Sequence record: SRR9188676_970
DNA: 42,607 bases
Reading direction: 5' to 3' (one strand)
Shown: positions 26,970-36,089 of the stretch, in pieces
Position numbering within the stretch: position 1 is the first letter of the stretch
How the letters are laid out: each line of letters starts with the position of its first letter
The notes under the pieces: generated by a model
Told to the model about the DNA's origin: nothing
What the model saw: only the letters and a program-made list of their open reading frames with translations
Databases searched by the model: none
Position numbers and translations under genes: made by a program

Positions 26970-28928
26970 CTAAATATCTTCAATTCTAAATAAGTGCATT
27001 GGCATAATGTGTGGATCTAAATCAATGAAGTTGTATTCGCCACGCCAAACATATTTTGCACCAGTAATCAAATCATGAACGATATATTCTTGGTCAGGAT
27101 GTTTATGAATTAAATGCAAGGGAATTCTTACATTTCCTCCCTGACGATTGTGAGGGTCAAGATTAACGGCGCATAAAATCTTATTTCCGTTTGAATGCGT
27201 TTTCAAATAAGCCAATACTTGGTCATTCTGAATATCACAGAAAGTAATATTATTGGTTCTTTGTAAAGCTGAATTTTCAATCCTCGCTTCATTGGTTTTA
27301 CGGATAACATGGGTTAGTTTATTTTCCATTTGCCAATCCCAATGTCTTATTTCGTATTTCTCAGAATTTTTGTACTCTTCTTTATTAGGATTTCCTTCGT
27401 TAATCATGTATTCATAAACAGGTCCGAAAATTCCATAGTTAGACGAAAGTGTAGCTGCCATGAAGTAACGAATAATAAACATTGGCTCAAGCCCTGTTTG
27501 TAAGCACCAAGGAAGAATATCATGCGTATTTGACCAGAAGTTTGGACGCATATATAAAGCTTGTTCGGTTTTGGTCAATTCATTCATGTAGCCAATTAAT
27601 TCCGCCTTTGTATTTCGCCAAGTATAATAAGTATAAGAATGTGTATAGCCCAATTTAGCTAATTGTGCCATTACTTTAGGTTTTGTAAATGCCTCAGCCA
27701 AGAAAATCATGTCAGGATACACAGTTTGTACTTCGGCAATAACCCATTCCCAAAATCCAAAAGCTTTAGTGTGTGGATTATCAACACGAATAATTCTGAT
27801 TCCCCATTCAGCCCAAGTCATAATTACCGTTTTCAATTCTTCCCAAAGTCCTTGCCAATTTTCAGACTCAAAATTGATTGGATAAATATCTTGGTACTTT
27901 TTCGGAGGATTTTCAGCATACTGAATTGTTCCATCAGGGCGAATCTTGAACCATTCTGGATGTTCTTTTGCCCAAGGATGGTCGGGAGAACATTGAATCG
28001 CCAAATCCAAAGCCAATTCAATTCCCATTTCGTTACAAGTAGCAATTAAATGTTTTAGGTCATCTAATGTTCCTAATTCTGGTAAAATAGCGGTATGTCC
28101 ACCTAGTTCTGAGCCAATTCCATAAGGTACTCCCGGTTCGTCCTCTTCACAAGTGGTACTGTTGTTTTTCCCTTTTCTGAATTGCTTACCGATTGGATGA
28201 ATTGGCGGAATATATAAAACATCAAAACCTAATGATTTTAAACGAGGAAGTACATTTTCTTCGACATCTTTAAATGTTCCGTGCTGTCCTTTTTTAGAGG
28301 AGGCAGAACGTGGAAACATTGAGTACCAAGACGAGAATGCTGCTTTTTCTCTATCAACCCAAAGTTTTAGTTCTTTATGAGTAGCTATAAACTGTTTATC
28401 TGGATATTGTTCAATCCAATGGTGCATTTTTTCACTATGAGTAAATGCGATGGCTTCGTTGTAAGTATTTTTGTCTCTGAAAATTTTTGCAGTAGCTTTC
28501 AATTCAGTTTTATCTTCTTTTGAAGCTATTTTAGCCATTTTGTCAAGAATGTTAGCACCCATCAAAAGTTCAACATTGACTATTTGACCATCCTTGATTT
28601 TCATATCAATTTCATGTTCCCAAGTAGCAGCATGATCAACCCATGCTTCAATCGTGTAAGTATAAAAACCATTTTTAGTAACTTCAAAAGATGCCTCATA
28701 TCGGTCATTATTGACGAAACTCATTTTTTTCTCAGTCCAAGCTTCATCAGTTGAAAACTTGTAAAGTAATCTTGCGCTTAATTGGTCATGTCCATCCAAG
28801 AAAATATCAGCTTCAACCTTGATAGTATCGCCTATAAAAGCTTTTACAGCAAAGCGTCCTGCATCTAGTTGTGGACTAACATTTTCAATGATTACCCTTT
28901 GTTGTCCTTGAATTGTTTTTGAAATCAT
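26970..28928 (-). CDS. glgE: Alpha-1,4-glucan:maltose-1-phosphate maltosyltransferase (GH13_3)
   Basis: DGHD, WYSMFPRS, PPIHPIG..RKGKNN, QCSPDHP, YAENPPKKYQDI, RVDNPHTK, LAEAFT, NTHDIL, SEKYE. Confidence 0.95.
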   Translation of the reverse strand: MISKTIQGQQRVIIENVSPQLDAGRFAVKAFIGDTIKVEADIFLDGHDQLSARLLYKFSTDEAWTEKKMSFVNNDRYEASFEVTKNGFYTYTIEAWVDHAATWEHEIDMKIKDGQIVNVELLMGANILDKMAKIASKEDKTELKATAKIFRDKNTYNEAIAFTHSEKMHHWIEQYPDKQFIATHKELKLWVDREKAAFSSWYSMFPRSASSKKGQHGTFKDVEENVLPRLKSLGFDVLYIPPIHPIGKQFRKGKNNSTTCEEDEPGVPYGIGSELGGHTAILPELGTLDDLKHLIATCNEMGIELALDLAIQCSPDHPWAKEHPEWFKIRPDGTIQYAENPPKKYQDIYPINFESENWQGLWEELKTVIMTWAEWGIRIIRVDNPHTKAFGFWEWVIAEVQTVYPDMIFLAEAFTKPKVMAQLAKLGYTHSYTYYTWRNTKAELIGYMNELTKTEQALYMRPNFWSNTHDILPWCLQTGLEPMFIIRYFMAATLSSNYGIFGPVYEYMINEGNPNKEEYKNSEKYEIRHWDWQMENKLTHVIRKTNEARIENSALQRTNNITFCDIQNDQVLAYLKTHSNGNKILCAVNLDPHNRQGGNVRIPLHLIHKHPDQEYIVHDLITGAKYVWRGEYNFIDLDPHIMPMHLFRIEDI

Positions 28929-29184
28929 ATTTGTATATCAAAATGGTTAAAAATGTAATTATAAAGTACTTAGAAGTACAATATTCTAAAATTAGACTAA
29001 AAAAATGAGATCTAATTACATCAATTTTTATGTAATTATAGTAAAAAGTAATTAATTTCACATGGTTGCCTGATTTAATAAGATAAGAGTATATGTTTTT
29101 TATTATCTGATGAAAAACTTGTACTTATTTGTGATATTCTAAGTAGTATATTGTTAGCTTTAAATTTATAAATTAAAAAACGCT

Positions 29185-30003
29185 GTGAAAAAGATCATCG
29201 CTTACTCAACCCTATTTTTATTGGTAAAAGCTTCCTCCTTTGCCTCTATCATTGAACAAATTCCTACAAAAAGCTTTGCCGAAGAAGGCATTGCTCGTTA
29301 CTATGCGGCTCATCTCAAGGGTAAATATACCTCTTTTGGTGAAAAGTATGATGATACTCAGCTCACCGCTTCACATTCTAGGTATCCTTTGAATACTATT
29401 TTAAAAGTGGTTAATCTCGAAAATAATCATGCTGTAGAAGTAAGAGTAAATGATTATTGCGAATGCGAGAAAGAGGACAGAATTATTAATCTTTCCAAAG
29501 AAGCTGCTTCCAGGCTTGGTATGATGGCAAGTGGAAAAGCAAGAGTACGGATTGAAGTACTTTCGCCAATGACTTCGAATACTCATAAAAGAGCATCAGA
29601 TAGAATTGCAGAAAGTATAATGCCTGAAAGGAGAGAAGTACTTTCAAAAGATAGTGGAAAGAGTTATGAAAACAATCTTTACATTAACTCAATAGCAACA
29701 AATCCTCCATTTTCAGCTGAAAGAACTTATGATATTGATGGTACAGAGAAATTCCCCAAAGGATATGCTGTGCAAGTTACTGCATTGACAAATTTAGGTT
29801 TTGTAAGAGATTTATATGATGAGTTACTAAAAATGGGAATACCTAAAGAAGAAATTTTTATACAAGTTGCTCTCAAAGAAAATGCTAAGTTATATAGATT
29901 GCTCTTTGGAGAATATTATTCAAAAGAACTAGCGAATGAAAAAACCGTTTGGCTTTCACAACAAGGTTATACGGGCGTTGTTCGTTCTCATTATAATTTA
30001 TAA
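29185..30003 (+). CDS. rlpA: RlpA-family DPBB domain plus C-terminal SPOR-like domain
   Basis: GIARYY, TSFGEKYD, LTASH, VRVND, RIINLS..AA..LG; C-terminal YAVQV...YRL..G; GTG start. Confidence 0.8.
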   Translation: MKKIIAYSTLFLLVKASSFASIIEQIPTKSFAEEGIARYYAAHLKGKYTSFGEKYDDTQLTASHSRYPLNTILKVVNLENNHAVEVRVNDYCECEKEDRIINLSKEAASRLGMMASGKARVRIEVLSPMTSNTHKRASDRIAESIMPERREVLSKDSGKSYENNLYINSIATNPPFSAERTYDIDGTEKFPKGYAVQVTALTNLGFVRDLYDELLKMGIPKEEIFIQVALKENAKLYRLLFGEYYSKELANEKTVWLSQQGYTGVVRSHYNL

Positions 30004-30041
30004 AAAAATGGATGTCAGAATTTACCTGACATCCATTTTTT
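30002..30041. terminator. Bidirectional terminator
   Basis: aaaaaatggatgtcag / ctgacatccatttttt between convergent genes. Confidence 0.85.
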
Positions 30042-30056
30042 GTGAAGACGAAGATT

Positions 30057-31499
30057 TTACTTTGTTTTAATCAGGAGTAATCCGATAAAAGTAATTGCGC
30101 CATTCAGCAATAATTTCTCAAATCCAAATTGATAACCATTTAACCATTCTTTTGAATTAACGTCGATTACATAAGTTAGGATAGGAGCTGCGATACAAAC
30201 AAATGGAACGAGTTTGTCTTTAATGGGCATTTTGGTGAAAAGTCCAAAAGAAAATAAACCTAAAAGTGGTCCGTAAGTATAACCTGCAATATTAAAAACT
30301 GTTGAAATAATAGACTGACTACTTATTGCATTGAATATCAAAATGATGATAAAGAAAAGCGCAGAGAAACCGATATGAGTATAATGTTTGATACTATTTC
30401 TTTGTTTTTCTTCATATTTTTCGATGTGCATGAAATCTATACAGAATGCGGTAGTCAATGCTGTTAAAGCAGAATCAGAACTTGCATAGGTTGCAGCTGT
30501 GATACCTAATAAGAAAGTAACAGCAGCTAAAATGCCAAATTCGCCACCTAATGCTAATTTTGGATATAATAAATCTGTTCTTTCTGGAATTGGAAAACCA
30601 ATTTTGTCTGCATAGATATAAAGTAAAGCCCCTAAACAAACAAACAGCAAAGTGGTTACAGCGAAAGTACAGCAAAACCAAAACATATTCTTTTGTGCTT
30701 CGCCGATATTTTTACAAGTAAGGTTTTTTTGCATCAAATCTTGGTCAAGCCCAGTCATGACAATAGCAATAAAAATACCTGCGATGAAATCTTTACTGAA
30801 ATGATGTTTGTAAGAAAAATCATCAAAGAAGAACATTTTCGAGTATTTACTTTCTTGAATGGTAGAAACTAATCCGCCTACACCTAAATCTAGTTTGTTC
30901 GCAATCAAGAAAATTGTTAATACCAATGCTGTTAAAAGGAAGAACGTCTGTAAAGTATCTGTAACGATAATTGTTTTTACGCCGCCACGGTAAGTATAAA
31001 CCCAAATCAATGCAATTGTTACCAAAGCTGAAACCCAGAAAGGAATATTCCAAGCATCGAAAATGGCTAATTGAAGTACTTGAACGGCCAAAAATAAACG
31101 AGCAGCAGAACCCAAAGTACGGGCTAACAAGAAAAAAGAAGAGCCAGTTTTATAAGACATCTTCCCTAATCGTTTATCTAAATACGTATAAATTGAAATT
31201 AAGTTTAATCGGTAATATAAAGGAAGTAAAACCGTTGCAATTACAAAATAACCAACTAAATTGCCTAATATAATTTGATAATACGAAAGCGATACTTTAC
31301 CAACATCACCCGGTACTGAAATGAACGTAACCCCAGAAATTGACGTTCCAATCATACCGAAAGCTACTAACCACCAAGGAGATTGTTTGTTTGCTGTAAA
31401 AAAAGTATTGGTGTCGGCACCTTTAGAAGTGTAATGGGCAACAATTATAAGCATTAGAAAGTAAACGGCTAAAATCCCGAAAGCTAATCCTGTAGTCAT
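30057..31499 (-). CDS. Sodium:solute symporter (SSS/SLC5 family)
   Basis: SGVTFISVPG, SIYTYL..R, YTYRGG.K....TD.LQ, GLDQDLMQK; ~13 TM segments; ATG 31499 preferred. Confidence 0.9.
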   Translation of the reverse strand: MTTGLAFGILAVYFLMLIIVAHYTSKGADTNTFFTANKQSPWWLVAFGMIGTSISGVTFISVPGDVGKVSLSYYQIILGNLVGYFVIATVLLPLYYRLNLISIYTYLDKRLGKMSYKTGSSFFLLARTLGSAARLFLAVQVLQLAIFDAWNIPFWVSALVTIALIWVYTYRGGVKTIIVTDTLQTFFLLTALVLTIFLIANKLDLGVGGLVSTIQESKYSKMFFFDDFSYKHHFSKDFIAGIFIAIVMTGLDQDLMQKNLTCKNIGEAQKNMFWFCCTFAVTTLLFVCLGALLYIYADKIGFPIPERTDLLYPKLALGGEFGILAAVTFLLGITAATYASSDSALTALTTAFCIDFMHIEKYEEKQRNSIKHYTHIGFSALFFIIILIFNAISSQSIISTVFNIAGYTYGPLLGLFSFGLFTKMPIKDKLVPFVCIAAPILTYVIDVNSKEWLNGYQFGFEKLLLNGAITFIGLLLIKTK

Positions 31500-31547
31500 A
31501 AATTTTTGGTATTCAGTTTTGTGAACATCAAATTTGATATTTTTTGT

Positions 31548-31555
31548 TAAATTTG
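31548..31555 (+). promoter_or_regulatory. -7 promoter element for clpS-recR
   Basis: TAAATTTG 31 nt upstream of the clpS ATG. Confidence 0.55.
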
Positions 31556-31586
31556 CTATCATTTTAAAAGATAAATATTTTTACAA

Positions 31587-31868
31587 ATGCAACCATTTGA
31601 ACAATTCGAAGAAGAAGTTGATGTATTAGAAGAAGTTGTTGGTGTGGATCAATATGATCTTGTAGTGTTTAATGACGAAGTAAATACATTCGATTTTGTG
31701 ATTGAAACACTTATAGATGTGTGTGGACATTCGGCTGAACAAGCAGAACAATGTACATTATTGATTCATTTCAAGGGTAAATGTGCTGTAAAAAAAGGTA
31801 CTTTTGAAGAACTCGCTCCGATGAGAAATGATATTTGCCGTCGTGGCATTGCAGCGGAGGTTCAATAA
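31587..31868 (+). CDS. clpS: ATP-dependent Clp protease adaptor
   Basis: LVVFNDEVNTFDFVI, QAEQCTLLIHFKGKC. Confidence 0.9.
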   Translation: MQPFEQFEEEVDVLEEVVGVDQYDLVVFNDEVNTFDFVIETLIDVCGHSAEQAEQCTLLIHFKGKCAVKKGTFEELAPMRNDICRRGIAAEVQ

Positions 31869-31924
31869 GTGCACTTTTTCAGTATAATTATTCAATTACT
31901 TCAAAATCAACATTCCCAAAACCC

Positions 31925-32542
31925 TTGAATTATCCATCCAAACTCATAGAGAATGCTGTTGAAGAAATCTCAAAATTACCAGGCATTGGAAAAAAGACAG
32001 CATTGAGAATGGCTTTACATCTATTAAAAAGAGATGAAAAGCAGACACTTCATCTGTCTGAAGCCTTAACGGCTATGAGAACAAAAACACAGTACTGTCG
32101 CCAATGTCATAATATTTCAGATGATACCCTTTGTGGAATCTGTACCAATCCTAAAAGAGATGAATCTGTACTTTGTATAGTTGAAGATACCAGAGATGTA
32201 CTAGCGATAGAAAACACTTCTCAATTCCGTGGACTCTATCATGTTTTAGGAGGAATCATTTCACCATTAGAAGGAATTGGCCCAGGAGATTTGAATATAG
32301 ATTCATTACTTAATCGTATTGCAGAGAAACAAAATACCTATGCAGCGATAAAAGAAATTATTTTAGGACTTAGTCCTACAATGGAAGGAGATACTACAGC
32401 GTTCTATCTTACAAAGAGGCTTAAATCTCTTAATGTAAAAATTACAACGATTGCTAGAGGAATACCTATCGGTGGAGATTTAGAATATGCAGATGAAATA
32501 ACGTTAGGAAGAAGCATCGTAAGCAGAATTGTATATGAGTAA
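31925..32542 (+). CDS. recR: Recombination mediator RecR
   Basis: LPGIGKKTA, C4 zinc finger CRQC...CGIC, YHVLGG.ISP, EGDTTA, LEYADE; probable TTG start at 31925. Confidence 0.95.
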   Translation: MNYPSKLIENAVEEISKLPGIGKKTALRMALHLLKRDEKQTLHLSEALTAMRTKTQYCRQCHNISDDTLCGICTNPKRDESVLCIVEDTRDVLAIENTSQFRGLYHVLGGIISPLEGIGPGDLNIDSLLNRIAEKQNTYAAIKEIILGLSPTMEGDTTAFYLTKRLKSLNVKITTIARGIPIGGDLEYADEITLGRSIVSRIVYE

Positions 32543-32576
32543 AACTTAATGATAAAATTTGTAAAACCTGTTAATC

Positions 32577-32954
32577 ATGAAAAAAATCTCAATTATTGTT
32601 CTTTTGGCTATTATCCCTACGTTTGTTAAAAGCCAAATCTTGTTAAAAGCACCGTCAGATTCATCTGCTTTATCGTTGTTATCTCCAATGATGAAAGATT
32701 ACTTACATTCGTATCAGCAGAAGAACAACTTAAAACGATTTCCACAAAAGCCAATCGGTTTAGCTGAAATTAAAAAATCTGTAGAAAATATTGATAATTT
32801 AATTATTGTAAAGCCAGATTTGGCTCAAATGTCAAAAATGCCAGTTGTTCAGCCAACAACAGATATTAATCATCATTTAATAATTATTTCTCCAAAAGAA
32901 CCGAATCGAATTACTCCTGAAAATAATCTTGAATTATTTAAAAAGGAAAATTAG
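32577..32954 (+). CDS. Hypothetical secreted protein
   Basis: MKKISIIVLLAIIPTFVKS-Q signal; repeated hydrophobic-Pro motifs (LIIVKP, MPVVQP, LIIISP). Confidence 0.7.
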   Translation: MKKISIIVLLAIIPTFVKSQILLKAPSDSSALSLLSPMMKDYLHSYQQKNNLKRFPQKPIGLAEIKKSVENIDNLIIVKPDLAQMSKMPVVQPTTDINHHLIIISPKEPNRITPENNLELFKKEN

Positions 32955-32984
32955 ATTTCATTAACATTTCAAACAAAATCTCCA

Positions 32985-33734
32985 ATGAACCGTAAAAATT
33001 TCTTAAAGACAACTTTGGCATCGGCTTTTGCTTTGTCTGGTTTAAATTCATTTAGTTTTTCATTAAGAAGAAGTTATAACGATAAATTACCAAAGCTTAC
33101 TTTGGATGAAGTTGTTTTAGAATCAGCTCCTTTTTCATTAGCAGCATTGCCTTATGCTCCTGAAAGCTTAGAACCAAGTATTGATAAATTGACGATGGAA
33201 ATTCATCATGGGCGTCATCACAAGGCTTATGTAGATAACCTTAACAAAGCGATTGTAGGAACTCCTTACGAAAAATTGTCTTTATGGGATATTTTAAAAG
33301 AAGCAGGCAAAGCTCCAGCTGCTATTAGAAATAATGCAGGTGGACATTGGAACCATACTTTTTTCTGGAATGTGATGTCTCCTAAAGGCGGAGGAACACC
33401 TAAAGGAGAATTGTTAGAAGAAATCAACAAAACTTTTGGTTCGTTTGATAAATTCAAAGAAGAATTTGCGAAAGCTGGAACTACTCGTTTTGGTTCTGGT
33501 TGGGCTTGGTTAATTGTTCAAGACAAAAAGTTAGTGATTAGTTCAACTCCAAATCAAGACAATCCTTTGATGGATGTTGCTGAAAAGAAAGGTTCTCCAA
33601 TTTTAGGATTAGATGTTTGGGAACACGCATATTATTTAAAATATCAAAACAAACGTGCGGATTACATTACTGCATTTTGGAATGTTGTAAATTGGGATGC
33701 TGTTTCAAAGAATTTTGAAAACATCATTAAATAA
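32985..33734 (+). CDS. sodA: Fe/Mn superoxide dismutase (Mn-type signature) with a Tat-like leader
   Basis: [37 protein letters not shown]; leader MNRKNFLK. Confidence 0.9.
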   Translation: MNRKNFLKTTLASAFALSGLNSFSFSLRRSYNDKLPKLTLDEVVLESAPFSLAALPYAPESLEPSIDKLTMEIHHGRHHKAYVDNLNKAIVGTPYEKLSLWDILKEAGKAPAAIRNNAGGHWNHTFFWNVMSPKGGGTPKGELLEEINKTFGSFDKFKEEFAKAGTTRFGSGWAWLIVQDKKLVISSTPNQDNPLMDVAEKKGSPILGLDVWEHAYYLKYQNKRADYITAFWNVVNWDAVSKNFENIIK

Positions 33735-33738
33735 TATT

Positions 33739-33776
33739 TTAGGTTCTGTGCATACTTTATGTACAGAACCTAATTT
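33739..33776 (+). terminator. Hairpin after sodA
   Basis: ttaggttctgtgcata / tatgtacagaacctaa; short U-tail. Confidence 0.6.
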
Positions 33777-33842
33777 GAAAGCTTGAAAACGTTTATCATT
33801 TTTAAAAACCATCATGAAATTTGATAAATAACATTTACTAAC

Positions 33843-34820
33843 ATGAATTCTGAAACACTTCTCGACACAATTCCATCACTTGATTTAGCAGATTTTCTTT
33901 CGGATAATCCCGAACGTAAAGAAAAATTTGTACAAGATTTAGGAGCTGCTTTTAATAATATTGGTTTTGTAGCCATCAAAAATCATGGTTTAACCAATGA
34001 TGATACTGAAAAACTTTATGATAATGTTCAGAAGTTTTTCTTTTCTCCAGATGAATTAAAAATGCAATATGCCATTGAAGGAATTGCTGGACAAAGAGGT
34101 TATATTAGTAAAGGGAAAGAAACTGCTAAAGGTTTTAAAGTACCAGATTTAAAAGAATTTTATCACGTTGGTCAGCCTAAAATTGATGATGGTGACCCAA
34201 TTTGGGAAGAATACCCAGATAATGTTTTTCCAAAAGAGCAACCAGATTTTGGAGAATATACACTTCATACTTACAAAACGTTAGAAAATGCGGGTAAGAC
34301 CTTATTAAAGGCCATTGCTTTGTATTTAGAATTACCAGAAGATTATTTTGAAGAAAAAGTAAAACATGGAAACTCTATTTTAAGAGCCATTCATTATTTC
34401 CCGATTCTTAATCCAGAAGCATTACCAGAAGGAGCTGTGAGAGCTGCTGCACATGGAGATATTAATTTGATTACTTTACTGATGGGTGCTTCAGCGGAGG
34501 GACTAGAAGTTCTAAGAGCCGATGGTGTTTGGATTCCGATTACTTCTTTACCAGATTATGTTGTGGTAAACGTAGGAGATATGTTAGATAGGCTGACAAA
34601 CCATAAATTAAAATCAACGATTCATCGTGTGGTAAACCCACCTAAAGAAAAATTAGGTACTTCTCGTTTTTCTATTCCTTTCTTTATGCACCCTCGCTCA
34701 GAAATGAATCTTACTTGTCTGGAATCTTGTATTGATGCTACTCATCCAAAAATGTATGTTGATATGACAGCAGGGGAGTTTTTGAATGAAAGACTAATTG
34801 AATTAGGCTTAAAGAAGTAA
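33843..34820 (+). CDS. Isopenicillin N synthase-like 2OG-Fe(II) oxygenase
   Basis: GFVAIKNHG, RGY, AHGD (HxD), NVGDML, STIHRV, RFS (RxS). Confidence 0.9.
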   Translation: MNSETLLDTIPSLDLADFLSDNPERKEKFVQDLGAAFNNIGFVAIKNHGLTNDDTEKLYDNVQKFFFSPDELKMQYAIEGIAGQRGYISKGKETAKGFKVPDLKEFYHVGQPKIDDGDPIWEEYPDNVFPKEQPDFGEYTLHTYKTLENAGKTLLKAIALYLELPEDYFEEKVKHGNSILRAIHYFPILNPEALPEGAVRAAAHGDINLITLLMGASAEGLEVLRADGVWIPITSLPDYVVVNVGDMLDRLTNHKLKSTIHRVVNPPKEKLGTSRFSIPFFMHPRSEMNLTCLESCIDATHPKMYVDMTAGEFLNERLIELGLKK

Positions 34821-34837
34821 TTTTGTTATTTATATGG

Positions 34838-34878
34838 AATCCATGAGATGGTTAAATATCTCATGGATTTGTTTTTTA
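34838..34878 (+). terminator. Intrinsic terminator
   Basis: aatccatgagat / atctcatggatt followed by tgtttttt. Confidence 0.7.
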
Positions 34879-34904
34879 ATTTATAAAAGCTATTTATTAT
34901 CCAA

Positions 34905-36071
34905 ATGAAAAAAATCAGAAGACTCATCTTTCTCCAAGACGTTCTGATTCTTGCTTGTACTTCTTTTGGAGGACCACAAGTACATTTGGCAATGTTTATT
35001 GACCGTTTTGTAAAGAAAAGAAATTATCTCACAGAAGCTGAATTACTTGAACTTCAAGCATTATGTGGATTTCTTCCCGGACCTACTTCTACACAAACAA
35101 TTACTGCATTAGGTTACAAAATCGGTGGGCCAAATTTAGCATATCTGACTTTACTTGTTTGGATTACTCCAGCGGTTACAGTAATGACTGCCGCCGCTTT
35201 TGGAATGACTTATCTTCAGAATAGAAATATCATTAGGTTTATACAACCGATAGGAGTTGCCTTTATTATTCATGCAGGTTTTGTATTAGGACATAAAGTT
35301 ATTAAAAATGTTTCTGGAATAATTTTGATGATACTTGCCGCTGGCTTTGCATTCTATTTTCAGTCACCATGGGTTTTTCCTATCTCATTGATAATTGGAG
35401 GGACATTTACAGCATTCAATTATAAAGATTATCCCCATCAAACAAAACATAAAATGGTTATTCCTTGGGCTAACTTTAATTTGTTTTGGATTTTTTTATT
35501 GTGTTTAGCATTACTTGGGCATTTTACAGATTATGAACCCATTCGATTATTTGAAAACTTTTATCGAAATGGTAGTTTAGTTTTTGGCGGAGGACAAGTA
35601 CTAGCACCAATTCTTTATACTGAATTTGTAGAATTTAAAGAATTAGTAAGGGCTGATGATTTTTTGACTGGGATGGCACTTTCCCAAGCCTTGCCGGGGC
35701 CAGTTTTTGCATTTACTTCTTATTTAGGAACTTTAGTAATGAAAGAAGGCACTTGGTGGGAACAATTATTAGGAAGTGCTGTTGGGGCTGCAGGTATTTT
35801 TTTGCCGGGGACTTTTTTGATATTTTTTGTGTATAGAATCTGGGGACAACTAAAACAATACAGGGGAATTAGAGCTTCATTAGACGGAATAAATGCCACT
35901 TCGATTGGATTGACTTTAGCAGCAGCCGTCACTTTCATTGTTCCAATGGTCAAGCAAGTAGATATTGTTGGTATAGTAACCGTAATTGCTACGTTTTTAA
36001 TCTTACAATTTACCAAAATACCAAGCTTTTTTATTTTCTTGGGGGGATTGATATTGGGCTTTATCTTCTGA
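34905..36071 (+). CDS. chrA: Chromate efflux transporter (long-chain CHR family)
   Basis: SFGGP, LPGPTSTQ, duplicated VFGGG and QALPGP, IFLPG. Confidence 0.88.
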   Translation: MKKIRRLIFLQDVLILACTSFGGPQVHLAMFIDRFVKKRNYLTEAELLELQALCGFLPGPTSTQTITALGYKIGGPNLAYLTLLVWITPAVTVMTAAAFGMTYLQNRNIIRFIQPIGVAFIIHAGFVLGHKVIKNVSGIILMILAAGFAFYFQSPWVFPISLIIGGTFTAFNYKDYPHQTKHKMVIPWANFNLFWIFLLCLALLGHFTDYEPIRLFENFYRNGSLVFGGGQVLAPILYTEFVEFKELVRADDFLTGMALSQALPGPVFAFTSYLGTLVMKEGTWWEQLLGSAVGAAGIFLPGTFLIFFVYRIWGQLKQYRGIRASLDGINATSIGLTLAAAVTFIVPMVKQVDIVGIVTVIATFLILQFTKIPSFFIFLGGLILGFIF

Positions 36072-36089
36072 TACTATAAAATTTGATTT

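Noticed and set aside
31500-31562. N-terminal extension of the SSS transporter
   Set aside because: Overlaps the divergent clpS promoter; the first TM segment follows ATG 31499
31835-31924. clpS-recR overlap or frameshift fusion
   Set aside because: The extension is not RecR-like; TTG 31925 gives a normal N-terminus, and no slippery site is evident
33843-34820. Beta-lactam biosynthetic cluster
   Set aside because: Lone IPNS-like oxygenase with no ACV synthetase or tailoring genes
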